A stretch of 64,000 bases of DNA from Erysipelotrichaceae bacterium. GTDB lineage: Bacteria; Bacillota_I; Bacilli_A; RFN20; CAG-826. The first letter of the stretch is position 1, and each line of letters opens with the position of its first letter. The translations under genes and the position numbers were made by a program. The stretch lies in contig JAYFOJ010000002.1 of NCBI GenBank assembly GCA_034932745.1, positions 219,694 to 283,693 on the forward strand. The letters run 5' to 3'. This document shows positions 40,689 through 51,044 of the stretch, piece by piece. Under the pieces are notes generated by a model. The model had not been told where the DNA came from. It was given only the letters and a program-made list of their open reading frames with translations, and did no database searches.

Positions 40689-41309
40689 TTATTGTTTGTC
40701 TTGTTCATCATTCTTTTTATGAGATTTTTTCTTTAAAAAATAATGTAAGGCAATTCCAGTAGCAGCCACCGCTCCAATCGATAAATAGAAGTATGGAGAA
40801 TAAATAACATTAAAGATGTATTTTACTCCCTCGTTACTATTAATGGTGTCGAGATATTTTCCCACCAAATCTTTGCTAGTTACATAGTAAGGATGAGTTT
40901 CTGTTCCCCACTTATCATATTTATCCATATCTTCACTCGGCAAGTCTTTATTCTTTTCTGAATAGGTTAAAATATGGCCATCATCTGTAGTGCATCCATA
41001 ATAGTGAATGACGAAAATATTCTCCACCATTTCTAAATCGCCAACTTGTCTTTTAGTATTAAAAAGAATAATGTCTCCAGAATCTATCTCTTCTAAATTA
41101 GTGCGATTCGCTAATACATAATCACCAACTTTAATCGTCGGATCCATCGAGGCACTTTCAACGCGATAATATCCTACTCCAAATACCTTAATCATGCCGT
41201 TTGGCACGATTAATATTAAAAGAAAAACAAAAAGGAAAAACGCAATCATCACAGCATAAATAACTTGCGCCACTCGCTTAAAAATATTTTTCGTCTTACT
41301 ATTTTCCAT
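40689..41309 (-). CDS. Signal peptidase I, SipW/archaeal-ER type (N- and C-terminal TM helices)
   Basis: VESASMDPTIKVGDYVL (SM.PT catalytic Ser box), a later His-containing segment, and a C-terminal TM helix. Overlaps the V-ATPase D gene by 11 nt, so it is co-transcribed. Confidence 0.55.
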   Translation of the reverse strand: MENSKTKNIFKRVAQVIYAVMIAFFLFVFLLILIVPNGMIKVFGVGYYRVESASMDPTIKVGDYVLANRTNLEEIDSGDIILFNTKRQVGDLEMVENIFVIHYYGCTTDDGHILTYSEKNKDLPSEDMDKYDKWGTETHPYYVTSKDLVGKYLDTINSNEGVKYIFNVIYSPYFYLSIGAVAATGIALHYFLKKKSHKKNDEQDKQ

Positions 41310-41919
41310 CTTGATTTTGTCTCGCTTTTATAACTTTCATTCTAACAAACTCTTCGCGTTCACGTTCTTCTAAAACATCAGCAATATACTTGATGTTTGT
41401 TTCTAAATCAGGGATAACAACATTTTCCAAAGCGTTAGCGCGTTTTTGTGCTTTTCTAATACCGTTTGCCAAACTATATACCGAATTATCAATCTCTGCT
41501 AATTTAATAGTTAAATCGATGGCCGTTCTAAACATCTGACAAGCATAGTCGAATTTTGAGTTAGTTTCTCTTATTCCATAAGAAAGACTATTCTTTGGTG
41601 TGACATGACTGACAACAGGAATATTAACACCCATAACATTTCTAAAAGAAACGTGAAGATTGTTATCGACTGGTATTTCTTTAGCGACATCGTAGACAAT
41701 TCCAAGAGTCAAATGAGCTTCTTGTAAGGCTGAATATGCTTTTGCATAAGCGCTTGTGATCTGATCTCTTATCTCACTAACTTTTGGTAGCAGTAAAAGA
41801 ATCTCACGAACGAGAATGTTCTTTTTCTTGTCCATTAAGGCTTGACCAATAATAGCTAAGTCGCGAGACTTTTTTAAGGCCATTAGGTTAGTTTTTGTTG
41901 GAATTGTTTTAACGTTCAT
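41299..41919 (-). CDS. ntpD: V/A-type ATPase subunit D
   Basis: 206 aa, coiled-coil central-stalk subunit ([36 protein letters not shown]). Confidence 0.85.
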   Translation of the reverse strand: MNVKTIPTKTNLMALKKSRDLAIIGQALMDKKKNILVREILLLLPKVSEIRDQITSAYAKAYSALQEAHLTLGIVYDVAKEIPVDNNLHVSFRNVMGVNIPVVSHVTPKNSLSYGIRETNSKFDYACQMFRTAIDLTIKLAEIDNSVYSLANGIRKAQKRANALENVVIPDLETNIKYIADVLEEREREEFVRMKVIKARQNQDGK

Positions 41920-43358
41920 TATTTACCTTTTGTAATGATCTTATTAACAGCGTTGGTGGATTTCAGTTCAAAACGCTTAATCGCCCGATTGGGGTCATAG
42001 TATTTTTCAACCAAATCGTCTTCGACGTTTCCAAGCTCTCCTCTTGGTAAAAGACTTAATAGGTCCCAGCCTAAGTCAAGAGAGAAGAAAACATCTCGGT
42101 TCTGATCTTTTTGATTTAAAAAATGCTGCTCAAATAACTGACCAAAAAGCATATAGTTTTGATCTAGTTCATTGAGTTCATCTTCGCCGATAACAGCGGC
42201 TAATGACCTAGTATCTTGGACTTTAGCATAGCTAGCAAACAACTGATTTGCTAAGGCTTGGTGGTCTTCTCTTGTGTATTCTGCGCCAATTCCGTCTTTC
42301 ATCAATCTCGACAAAGATGGAAGAACACTAATTGGTGGGAAAATATCTTTTTGATATAATTCGCGGTCTAAAACAATTTGACCCTCTGTAATGTAGCCAG
42401 TTAAATCTGGAACAGGATGTGTAATATCATCGTTTGGCATCGTCAAAATTGGAATCTGTGTAACAGAACCCTTTTTGCCAACCGCCATACCAGCTCTTTC
42501 ATATAGGCTAGCTAATTCACTATATAAGTAACCCGGATATCCTTTTCTACCCGGAATTTCGCCCATTGAAGATGAAAATTCCCGTAAAGCTTCGCAATAC
42601 GCCGTCATGTCAGTCAAAACGACGAGGACTTGATAACCTAATTCAAACGCAAGATATTCAGCTGCAGTTAGCGCTGCTCTTGGCGTCAATAATCTTTCAA
42701 TAATCGGATCATTTGCCAAGTTCACATACATAACGACGTGATCCATGACTTGAGCATCTTCAAATGCTTGTTGGAAATACCTAGAAACATCGTGTTTTAT
42801 GCCCATAGCGGCAAAAACAACACAGAATTTTTCGTTTTTAGAATCGGCAATTTTTGCTTGTTTAACGATTTGCACTGCTAGTTCATTATGTGGAAGTCCG
42901 GTACCTGTAAAGATTGGTAACTTTTGTCCTCTTATTAGTGTCGTAAGTATATCGATAGAAGAAATTCCTGTTTGAATATAGTTACGAGGATAAACTCTCA
43001 TAATTGGATTCAGGGGTTCACCATTAACGTTTCTTCTCGCACTAGCAAAAACCGGATATAAACCATCGATTGGCTTTCCTGAACCATCAAATACTCTTCC
43101 TAGAATTTCTTTTGAAAGAGCAATTTCTAATGGCTTTCCTAAAAACTCAATTTTGGCTTCATTTAAACTGATTCCGTAAGTTCCTTCGAATACTTGAATA
43201 GCAACTCTATCGCCATCAATTGCGATTACCCGTCCATGACGGGTTTGACCATTCTCAAGACGAAGTTCCACTACTTCTTCGTATCCAACTCCGCTCACGC
43301 CTTCTAAAAACACTAAAGGACCATTTATTGCAGATAAACCAATATATTGTATCGCCAT
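41919..43358 (-). CDS. ntpB: V/A-type ATPase subunit B
   Basis: 479 aa, non-catalytic alpha/beta-fold subunit. Confidence 0.9.
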   Translation of the reverse strand: MAIQYIGLSAINGPLVFLEGVSGVGYEEVVELRLENGQTRHGRVIAIDGDRVAIQVFEGTYGISLNEAKIEFLGKPLEIALSKEILGRVFDGSGKPIDGLYPVFASARRNVNGEPLNPIMRVYPRNYIQTGISSIDILTTLIRGQKLPIFTGTGLPHNELAVQIVKQAKIADSKNEKFCVVFAAMGIKHDVSRYFQQAFEDAQVMDHVVMYVNLANDPIIERLLTPRAALTAAEYLAFELGYQVLVVLTDMTAYCEALREFSSSMGEIPGRKGYPGYLYSELASLYERAGMAVGKKGSVTQIPILTMPNDDITHPVPDLTGYITEGQIVLDRELYQKDIFPPISVLPSLSRLMKDGIGAEYTREDHQALANQLFASYAKVQDTRSLAAVIGEDELNELDQNYMLFGQLFEQHFLNQKDQNRDVFFSLDLGWDLLSLLPRGELGNVEDDLVEKYYDPNRAIKRFELKSTNAVNKIITKGK

Positions 43359-43368
43359 AATATCCTCC

Positions 43369-45117
43369 TTATTCGATGCTCGCTAGAGATTTAGAAATGT
43401 GTTCTTTAAGTTCCTTAAAACCTTTTAAATCATCATTTCTAATTCGATATTTCATCTTGATTAATTCATCAAAAATTCCAGTCTTTAAAACTAAATCAAG
43501 AGATTTTCCTTGTTCGATAAGACTCGTTGTTTCATCAAAAAGATATAAAATCATATCGATCATTTGTTGTTGTTTATTTAATGGAACATAGGTGTCTTCT
43601 TGATGGAAAGCATTTTGTTGTAAAAACCCTTGTCTTATTACTCTTCCGATTTCAAGAATTAACTTTTGATCATCTGGTAAAACATCGTTTCCGATTAATC
43701 TAACGATTTCCATTAGCTTGTCCTCTTGGGCCAGAATTGTTTTAATTCTAATTCGGTCTTTGAGGAATTTTGGACCGACGTTTTGATTGTACCAAGAAAC
43801 TAAATCATTTAGATATTCACTATAACTTAAACGCCAGTTCACCGCCGGGTAGTGTCTTTGATACGCAAGGTTCTTATCAAGCGCCCAGAAGCATCTTACA
43901 AAGCGTTTAGTATTTTGAGTCACAGGTTCAGAAAAGTCGGCTCCTTGAGGGCTTACGGCCCCAATTATCGAAACTGAGCCCTTAGTATCGTTTAGATTAA
44001 CAACCATTCCTGCTCTTTCATAAAACTGAGCAATACGGGAAGGTAGATAGGCCGGGAATCCTTCTTCTGCTGGCATTTCTTCAAGGCGCCCACTAATCTC
44101 GCGCAACGCCTCGGCCCATCGAGAGGTAGAATCTGCCATTAAGGCCACGTGATATCCCATATCGCGATAATATTCAGCAATTGTTATTCCAGTGTAGATA
44201 CTGGCTTCACGAGCGGCCACTGGCATATTTGAGGTGTTAGCGATTAACACAGTTCGTTCCATTAAAGACCTTTTTGTATGCGGATCGATTAAACTTTGAA
44301 ATTCTTCTAGTACTTGTGTCATCTCGTTTCCGCGTTCTCCACAACCGACATAAACAATAATGTCAGCATCGCACCATTTGGCTAGTTGGTGTTGCATCAT
44401 TGTTTTTCCAGATCCAAATCCGCCAGGAATAACCGCTGCTCCACCTTTAGCAAGCGGGAACATCGTATCGATTATTCTTTGTCCGGTTACTAGTGGAGTA
44501 TCTAGCGGGAGTCGTTCCTTAATCGGACGGGAAATCTTAATTGGCCATTCTTGGACAAGACCAACTTCATGAATTATTCCGAAGGAATCTTTTATTTTAA
44601 TTAAGACATCTTTAACGTTATATTTACCACTTTTTTGGCATTCGATAACTACACCAGAAACATTAGGAGGTACCATAATTTTGTGAATTATGACGTCTGT
44701 CTCTTTTGTAGTTGCTATCACTTGACCTGGAACAACATTTTCATCTTTTTTAGCAATGATATCGACAGCCCAAAGTTTATTCTCATCTAAGGACGCGAAC
44801 TGGTTTCCTGCGTTAATGAAAATACCTTCTTTTTTTCCTATTTCCTTTAAAGGACGTTGAATACCATCAAAAATATTACCAATGATTCCTGGTCCAAGGG
44901 CAACAGACACTAGTGTCTTAGTGCCAAATACTTCATCCCCTCTTTTAAGGCCAGAGGTGGATTCGTAAACTTGAACAATTGTTTCTTGCTTTGAAATAGC
45001 AATTACTTCGCCCATTAGACGCTTTGGTCCAACATAGACTTTTTCAAGCATTGAGAAAGATTCGGTATCGCGAATTTTCACGACCGGACCATTTATAGAA
45101 TATATTAAATTCTTCAT
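43369..45117 (-). CDS. ntpA: V/A-type ATPase catalytic subunit A
   Basis: 582 aa with P-loop GGFGSGKT and the A-subunit-specific non-homologous insert. Confidence 0.92.
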   Translation of the reverse strand: MKNLIYSINGPVVKIRDTESFSMLEKVYVGPKRLMGEVIAISKQETIVQVYESTSGLKRGDEVFGTKTLVSVALGPGIIGNIFDGIQRPLKEIGKKEGIFINAGNQFASLDENKLWAVDIIAKKDENVVPGQVIATTKETDVIIHKIMVPPNVSGVVIECQKSGKYNVKDVLIKIKDSFGIIHEVGLVQEWPIKISRPIKERLPLDTPLVTGQRIIDTMFPLAKGGAAVIPGGFGSGKTMMQHQLAKWCDADIIVYVGCGERGNEMTQVLEEFQSLIDPHTKRSLMERTVLIANTSNMPVAAREASIYTGITIAEYYRDMGYHVALMADSTSRWAEALREISGRLEEMPAEEGFPAYLPSRIAQFYERAGMVVNLNDTKGSVSIIGAVSPQGADFSEPVTQNTKRFVRCFWALDKNLAYQRHYPAVNWRLSYSEYLNDLVSWYNQNVGPKFLKDRIRIKTILAQEDKLMEIVRLIGNDVLPDDQKLILEIGRVIRQGFLQQNAFHQEDTYVPLNKQQQMIDMILYLFDETTSLIEQGKSLDLVLKTGIFDELIKMKYRIRNDDLKGFKELKEHISKSLASIE

Positions 45118-45704
45118 TTCGCTTCCTCCTCATCGCTTGACCAAGCGGCGTGATCATAGAACCATTTCTTAGCTTCGACAATCTTCTTTTTAAAAGACTC
45201 ATCGATAATGTTTTTGCCATCGTTTGTATATGCGATAAAACCGCCAATTAAATCATTAACTTCTTCAATTTTCAGATTTTCGAATTCGCTCTTAGCAGTT
45301 TCATCGTCGACGCATATTTGAACGAGTTTGAAAGATGAGAAATCGTAAAGATCCGCTCTTTTTTTGAGCCATTTCTTATATTTTTCACCATGACAAAATT
45401 CTATTAATTCTTTTTCTAAGTGTGAGAAAAGTTGCTCTAATAGTTCCTGTCTATTGTGCATGATTTCTAAGTCTTTATTTCTTTGAAAACTAGCAAGTTT
45501 TAAATTGTATTCGTGCTCTAAATTTTGAACTTCTGAATTAATGTAATTCTTTTGTTCTTCTTTCAACTCTTTTTCGATTGAAACTTGAGCTTGCTCTTTT
45601 AATTCATCGATGTCTTTTTGAAGTTGATCAACAATTTTAGCCACTTCCCCATCGATGATCTTTTTAAAGTAGAAATACAATTCTTCCTTATTTTGATAAT
45701 CCAT
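45114..45704 (-). CDS. ntpE: V/A-type ATPase subunit E
   Basis: 196 aa, long N-terminal coiled coil plus C-terminal globular part; operon position. Confidence 0.75.
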   Translation of the reverse strand: MDYQNKEELYFYFKKIIDGEVAKIVDQLQKDIDELKEQAQVSIEKELKEEQKNYINSEVQNLEHEYNLKLASFQRNKDLEIMHNRQELLEQLFSHLEKELIEFCHGEKYKKWLKKRADLYDFSSFKLVQICVDDETAKSEFENLKIEEVNDLIGGFIAYTNDGKNIIDESFKKKIVEAKKWFYDHAAWSSDEEEAK

Positions 45705-45705
45705 A

Positions 45706-46026
45706 TTAATCCCCCTTTAAATTCACACCGACTGCTTTACTTACGTAGGCATCAATTTTTTCGCCAATTTTAGCGTTTCCATGGCGATCTGGAATTTCGA
45801 CGATTAAACCATGAGTGTCGCGAAGTTTTAATTCCGAAATAACCTCTGGTGCAAGATCGATTAAATTAGTGGTAATTAAAACCATCGAAATCGTTGGATC
45901 AATAATCACTTCTTCAAGGCGCTTTAAAAACACCTCTCGGTCATGAACTATTTCTCCTTCTATTCCGACTAGTCTCATTCCGACCAAAGCATCAAGACTA
46001 TCACTGAAACAATAAAACCTCTCCAC
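45706..46026 (-). CDS. V/A-type ATPase subunit F
   Basis: 106 aa; size and position typical of subunit F. Confidence 0.7.
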   Translation of the reverse strand: MERFYCFSDSLDALVGMRLVGIEGEIVHDREVFLKRLEEVIIDPTISMVLITTNLIDLAPEVISELKLRDTHGLIVEIPDRHGNAKIGEKIDAYVSKAVGVNLKGD

Positions 46027-46037
46027 GATTAACTCCG

Positions 46038-46493
46038 TTAAGCGATAACTGGAATATTGTTGAGAATCAAAATCGAAATAAGTAATCCGTAAATCGCAAC
46101 ACCTTCACCAAGAGCCACGAAGATTAAGGACTTACCTAAGTTCTTTGGGTTTTCAGAAATAGCACCAATAGCGGCTGGAGCAGCAGCAGCAACAGCAATT
46201 CCTGCGCCTAGTGCGGAAGCACCAGTTGCAATCGCTGCACCGATATATCCCAAACCTGCAGCTTGAGCGTATATCTCACCAGTAATTGTTGAATCGCTCG
46301 TAATTTCTGCGCCCAAAACACCAGGAGCAATTAGAGCTGTACCAAGAATCAAAGTAAAGAAGAGACTAATGTGCAAAATAATTCTTTTCTTTGCCTTACC
46401 TGCAGTAACTTGACCTTTGAACACTTTGATAAGTGGCAAAGTAATGACGATTAGGCCTAATACTACTAGACCAAAGATAATCCATTCATTCAT
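46038..46493 (-). CDS. ntpK: V/A-type ATPase proteolipid subunit K (c-ring)
   Basis: 151 aa, four TM helices, Gly/Ala-rich, conserved carboxylate in ..LGEGVAIYGLL.. Confidence 0.85.
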   Translation of the reverse strand: MNEWIIFGLVVLGLIVITLPLIKVFKGQVTAGKAKKRIILHISLFFTLILGTALIAPGVLGAEITSDSTITGEIYAQAAGLGYIGAAIATGASALGAGIAVAAAAPAAIGAISENPKNLGKSLIFVALGEGVAIYGLLISILILNNIPVIA

Positions 46494-46505
46494 TTTAAGT
46501 ACCTC

Positions 46506-48434
46506 CTAAAATAGTGGATTAAATATGTTTCCATCGCCCTCGAAAAAGCGAGAGAACATTTCATAGAACTCGAGCCTTAGGACTTGAATTCCAACTATCA
46601 AGCCTTCTAGACCCATGACGAATAGGTTCCCAAGGATCAAAACCACGATTGAACCGACACCAGATGTCATCTTCATTAATGTTGCAACGACAAGCATCAT
46701 TCCAGCGTGAGAAAGAATAAAACCTCCAACACGTAGGAACGATAATGTGTTCGTAACATACGAGAGAATAACTTCAAATAATTCGAAGAATCCTTCGATT
46801 AAGAAACCACCAAAACCATCTGGAAATAATTTCTGGTGATGCATCGCTCTTTCTAAAGGTTCCTTTAGGAAAATCAAAATAATTGGAACGACGATAAAGC
46901 AAACGATGGTGATTGGATTGAAGACATTTTGAATATTGAAAAGCATCTGCATAATAATGCCAATCAAAACGAATCCGTATAACAAGAGACCGCTGATACC
47001 ATTAGATGAGAAAAGTGCATCTGCAAATTTCTTATTCCTAAATTTAACAAAAGTATTAATTACTATTGTTGTAACGATAATGACCGCACCAATGCCTACG
47101 GCAGCTAATAACAAATTCATCGTCAAAGAATTATCCATCGGATGGATTGGATGGAGTTCAAAACCGAGCAAACCACTTAACCAACTATAGAAATAATCGA
47201 GAATAAATGATTGACCAAATGTTTCACCATATATCACGCCAAATATAGCGCTTGATATACCAATCCTAGTCAAAATCGGCGCAAGAGAATTTTTAGTTAA
47301 CTTGGTCATGATAAAACCAATTAGACATAGTAGTAATCCTTGACCTAGGTCTCCAAACATCATTCCAAACAACAGCGAGTAAGTAATCGCCACTAATAAT
47401 GTCGGATCGACATCGTGGTAAGAAGGTACTCCGTACATTTCGACAAAAAATTTGAACGGACGAGTAAACCAGTTGTTCGTGAGTTTAGTCGGAGGTTGAA
47501 ATCTCTTGTCGGCTTCCGCATCTTGTATTTGAATTTCGACATGAGTGATATCCTTAAAAAGATTTTTAAAGTTTTTCACTTGTTTCTGCTCGATGAAACC
47601 AGTTAAAGTCAACCGTTCACCAAACATTACGATATGCAAACGCGCTTTATAAATATCGCGAAGAAACATCATTTGTCCCATCAATTCATCGAATTTTTTC
47701 TTGTTCGACTTGGTATCGTAAAAAACATCCTTCTTTAAGAACTTAATTTTGTTTTGTAGTTTTTCAATTTCGCTCGTTATATTTGCGATAGCAACTTCTG
47801 GTGTTCCTTGAACAAAGTTCGGAATTCGAATTCTTTCGAAGAACATCGAAGTAAAAATATTGTCGATTTCAGTTTTATATTCTTCGGTTGTGACGTACAT
47901 GGACCAGATAACTCCATCCCGCTCAGCAAAAGGTAGAAACAAAAATGGTTTTTGATCATAGAATCTAAGACGATCGGCGACATCGATAGGCAATTTTCCG
48001 AAACGAATCACAATAAACCGTGTTTTAAATAAATCTTCAAACGGAGTATTCATGCTTTCGATGTTTTTTACTTGGAATAATGCTTCTTGATAGGTTTTAA
48101 TTTCTTCTTCAGTCTTTTTGATTTCGGTGTATTTTTCTGTAATTTCTCTGTGAGAAGTTTCTATGAAATCACGTATTTCATCTAATTTTGCATTCGAACA
48201 AATAATCTTTTTTGAGTTAAATTTTAATTCGGTTAGATTTTCGATTTCGTGTAGTTTATCGATCAATGGTTCGCAAGGATTGGTCGTCTCATAAATTCTC
48301 GTTCCATGGACAGTAGAAACAATTTTATTCGGATCGACAGCGTGAAAGCCACTGAAAGTGACGAAATTATCGAGCACTTCATCTAAGTACTCTTCAGTAG
48401 TAGTTAAGTTTACAAGCTTCAATTTACTAATCAT
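46506..48434 (-). CDS. ntpI: V/A-type ATPase subunit I (a-subunit)
   Basis: 642 aa; soluble N-terminal half plus multi-TM C-terminal half. Confidence 0.88.
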   Translation of the reverse strand: MISKLKLVNLTTTEEYLDEVLDNFVTFSGFHAVDPNKIVSTVHGTRIYETTNPCEPLIDKLHEIENLTELKFNSKKIICSNAKLDEIRDFIETSHREITEKYTEIKKTEEEIKTYQEALFQVKNIESMNTPFEDLFKTRFIVIRFGKLPIDVADRLRFYDQKPFLFLPFAERDGVIWSMYVTTEEYKTEIDNIFTSMFFERIRIPNFVQGTPEVAIANITSEIEKLQNKIKFLKKDVFYDTKSNKKKFDELMGQMMFLRDIYKARLHIVMFGERLTLTGFIEQKQVKNFKNLFKDITHVEIQIQDAEADKRFQPPTKLTNNWFTRPFKFFVEMYGVPSYHDVDPTLLVAITYSLLFGMMFGDLGQGLLLCLIGFIMTKLTKNSLAPILTRIGISSAIFGVIYGETFGQSFILDYFYSWLSGLLGFELHPIHPMDNSLTMNLLLAAVGIGAVIIVTTIVINTFVKFRNKKFADALFSSNGISGLLLYGFVLIGIIMQMLFNIQNVFNPITIVCFIVVPIILIFLKEPLERAMHHQKLFPDGFGGFLIEGFFELFEVILSYVTNTLSFLRVGGFILSHAGMMLVVATLMKMTSGVGSIVVLILGNLFVMGLEGLIVGIQVLRLEFYEMFSRFFEGDGNIFNPLF

Positions 48435-48444
48435 TGTCTACCTC

Positions 48445-49476
48445 CTAAAATACGAGCATCGATCTAATTTCTTGTTCTGACATTTGGTAATGAATTCCTT
48501 CGATAATATGGGTTAGATTTTCGATTTCTAGTTCGCCATAGAATATATACGCGAGGAATATCGTTGGCGCTGAGTTTGAGTAATACATAAACTTCCTCGC
48601 GATATTGAATCGAAGATGGTCGGTGAAGTATTCGAGATATACCTGGTCTTTACTTCCTAAATAAGGTCCGACTCCTGATTCGACAATCGCTTTAAAGATG
48701 TCATTTGGATCCTTTATTGCGATTATTTCATCTATCTTGTTCTCAAGAATTCTCGTCGAAGGAATTAGAATGGCTTTAATATCGGAATCCGCGATTCCAT
48801 AGAACTTCTTGAGGCGATACACCTTAATCATGTTTTCCATTTCGATTCTAGCCTTGAACGCTTCATCAAGCGTCTTTTTGAGTTGGCCTTTATAGTTAGC
48901 TTTTATTTGTTTGAAGGCGTAATCGTAATAATCATTTTCGAATATCGATTCAAATTCGTAGTAACGAAGTTCGTCGTTTTTCTTTTTCGCATAGTTTTTA
49001 AGAATCTTATAGTATCTAGTGTTTTGCAATACATTAATAAGAGTCTCCATATCGCGAGCTTTTGTTAAACTGACAAAGTCAATTTTGGAATAATGATCGA
49101 AATAGAATGGAATTTGCGCGACGACATCATAGACATCTTTGGAAATAAAACTTCGAATCATAGCCAAAATAACTTCATGTTCCATCCTAATTAAATCGAA
49201 CATATAAAATGGTTTATCTTTTGAAGTAAAAAACTTCACTAACTTGATTGTTTGATTAAACCGCTGTCTTTTGATCAATCCCTCGATTCTCGAACGAGTA
49301 AGGGTGGCTTCTGGAATATTAGCAAGGATGTCTTTATATGCATCGTGTTTTTTTAAATACACTGCAACATCGTAGACGGTTTTCTTTTTTAATAATTCTT
49401 GATAGTCTTCTTCTTTTAAATCTCGGGCATGAAGGGTTTTAATTTTGGCAATCAGTGCATTATCTGAGAAAGCCAT
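48445..49476 (-). CDS. ntpC: V/A-type ATPase subunit C (d-subunit)
   Basis: 343 aa; operon position between the G-like and I subunits. Confidence 0.75.
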   Translation of the reverse strand: MAFSDNALIAKIKTLHARDLKEEDYQELLKKKTVYDVAVYLKKHDAYKDILANIPEATLTRSRIEGLIKRQRFNQTIKLVKFFTSKDKPFYMFDLIRMEHEVILAMIRSFISKDVYDVVAQIPFYFDHYSKIDFVSLTKARDMETLINVLQNTRYYKILKNYAKKKNDELRYYEFESIFENDYYDYAFKQIKANYKGQLKKTLDEAFKARIEMENMIKVYRLKKFYGIADSDIKAILIPSTRILENKIDEIIAIKDPNDIFKAIVESGVGPYLGSKDQVYLEYFTDHLRFNIARKFMYYSNSAPTIFLAYIFYGELEIENLTHIIEGIHYQMSEQEIRSMLVF

Positions 49477-49488
49477 ACTTAGCCCTAT

Positions 49489-49800
49489 TTAATCCTTTAG
49501 ACAGAAGTCTATTAACTGTTCGATCCAAAGTTCGTTGTGTTTTTCGTAATAAGAAACAATATTCTTTTCTTTACTCTTAGCTTCGCGAGTAATCTTTTTT
49601 GTCTTAAGTTCGTAATCTTCTTTAATCTTCTTTGCTAGTAGAGCAATTTGCTCTTTTGACTTAATTGAATACTCTTCGCTCATCTTGGCGCGGATAGCTT
49701 TTATGTACTTAGAAAGTTCCTGCTTTTCCTTTTCGAGGTCGCTTATTTTGTTTTGCCCTTCTTTATCAAGAGCGATGATTTTTTCCACTAGTTCATCCAT
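49489..49800 (-). CDS. V/A-type ATPase peripheral-stalk subunit G/H-like
   Basis: ~103 aa coiled-coil protein. Start placed at MDELVEKI, preceded by GGAGAGGGGGG. The ORF-track start at 49821 spans this RBS. Confidence 0.65.
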   Translation of the reverse strand: MDELVEKIIALDKEGQNKISDLEKEKQELSKYIKAIRAKMSEEYSIKSKEQIALLAKKIKEDYELKTKKITREAKSKEKNIVSYYEKHNELWIEQLIDFCLKD

Positions 49801-50004
49801 AAAAAGCCCCCCTCTCCACATATGTAGTATTTTTTATATAAAAATAATTGGTAAAGTACAACCTAGACAAAGTATGGACTTAATAAAACAATTAGTCAAT
49901 ATGGATGAACTATGTAGAAGTGTTACAAAAAAAGAAAGACTGTATCTATTTTTATTGAAACGGATGTTTAGATGATATTATTTTCGATTGTCGATGAGAT
50001 AGCT

Positions 50005-50829
50005 TTAATCGCTACCTTTTAACTTATTACACTTATGACATAGAGTCTGTAAATTCTCTGGGGTACTTTTACCGCCTTTTGAAATTGGAACAATGTGATC
50101 TATTTCCAAACCGTTTTTCGAATTTCGACCATTCCAACCACATCTGCAACAAGCAAAATTGTCTCGTTCGTATATTGCGAATCTCATTTTGTTTGAAACC
50201 TTGCCTCTTTCAACCTTGCACAAATAATCCCATACTTCTTTGTCGTTATAATAGCCACCGCTTTTATTTGAGATTCGCGCCAGCATGTTAATTGCATCAT
50301 CCGCCCAAAATGTTTCGCTTTTCGTCGAATAGACATTTCCATTCATTCTTGAGCAAGACAAAGAAATCCGAATTTTGAAATCAGTGCATGGGTGTTGAAT
50401 TAATGAATTAACTTCATTTTTCTCGTATCTTCGTAGTGCTATTTTGATATACCGACTAGTATCTACATCGTATTGTCCATAATAGTTTAAATCTTTGATT
50501 TCTTTTTCATATTTGAGCAACATTTGATGATTAATAGATGCGTTTCTAATTTGTATTTCTACTTCGTCTTTGTTATCGCGAAGATAGTAGGTAAAGTATG
50601 CTCTACAAGTTATTTCGCCATAGTAATCGCAATTATCGTATATGTGAGACTGGCTAATACTATTAATTGAATAGAACTTATACCGGCTATTAATCTCTTC
50701 CATAGCCTTAAATGCTAGACTATGCTCACGAATAAATTTTTTATGAGTAGTGCTTATCACTAAATGACTAATTATCAAAAAGACAAAAACGATTGTTATT
50801 ACTAAAAACAACGCAAACAATGGTGTCAC
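50005..50829 (-). CDS. Membrane-anchored HNH endonuclease-domain protein
   Basis: N-terminal TM helix (LFALFLVITIVFVFLIISHLVI). C-terminal HNH: CCRCGWNG...LEIDHIVPISKGGKSTPENLQTLCHKCNKLK. Confidence 0.7.
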   Translation of the reverse strand: MTPLFALFLVITIVFVFLIISHLVISTTHKKFIREHSLAFKAMEEINSRYKFYSINSISQSHIYDNCDYYGEITCRAYFTYYLRDNKDEVEIQIRNASINHQMLLKYEKEIKDLNYYGQYDVDTSRYIKIALRRYEKNEVNSLIQHPCTDFKIRISLSCSRMNGNVYSTKSETFWADDAINMLARISNKSGGYYNDKEVWDYLCKVERGKVSNKMRFAIYERDNFACCRCGWNGRNSKNGLEIDHIVPISKGGKSTPENLQTLCHKCNKLKGSD

Positions 50830-50885
50830 AGTTGTTATTCCTTGAGTACATTATAAAACAAATAAATAACGGTTATTAATACTAA

Positions 50886-50915
50886 TTAAAAAGCACCCTT
50901 CAAGGATGCTTACTT
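50886..50915 (-). terminator. Putative terminator downstream of tRNA-Ala
   Basis: Minus strand AAGCATCCTTgaAGGGTGCTTTTTAATT. Confidence 0.5.
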
Positions 50916-50922
50916 TATAAGT

Positions 50923-50998
50923 TGGTGGACCTGAAGGGGATCGAACCCTCTACCTCATCGTTGCGAACGATGCGCTCTCCCAAATGAGCTACAGGCCC
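50923..50998 (-). tRNA. tRNA-Ala (anticodon CGC)
   Basis: Minus-strand GGGCCTGTAGCTCATTTGGGAGAGCGCATCGTTCGCAACGATGAGGTAGAGGGTTCGATCCCCTTCAGGTCCACCA. Cloverleaf folds; G3:U70 Ala identity pair; anticodon loop TTCGCAA; encoded CCA. Confidence 0.9.
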
Positions 50999-51044
50999 AC
51001 GTGCCTTATTATTCTAATTAAGTTAAGTACCTTAAACAAGTAAA

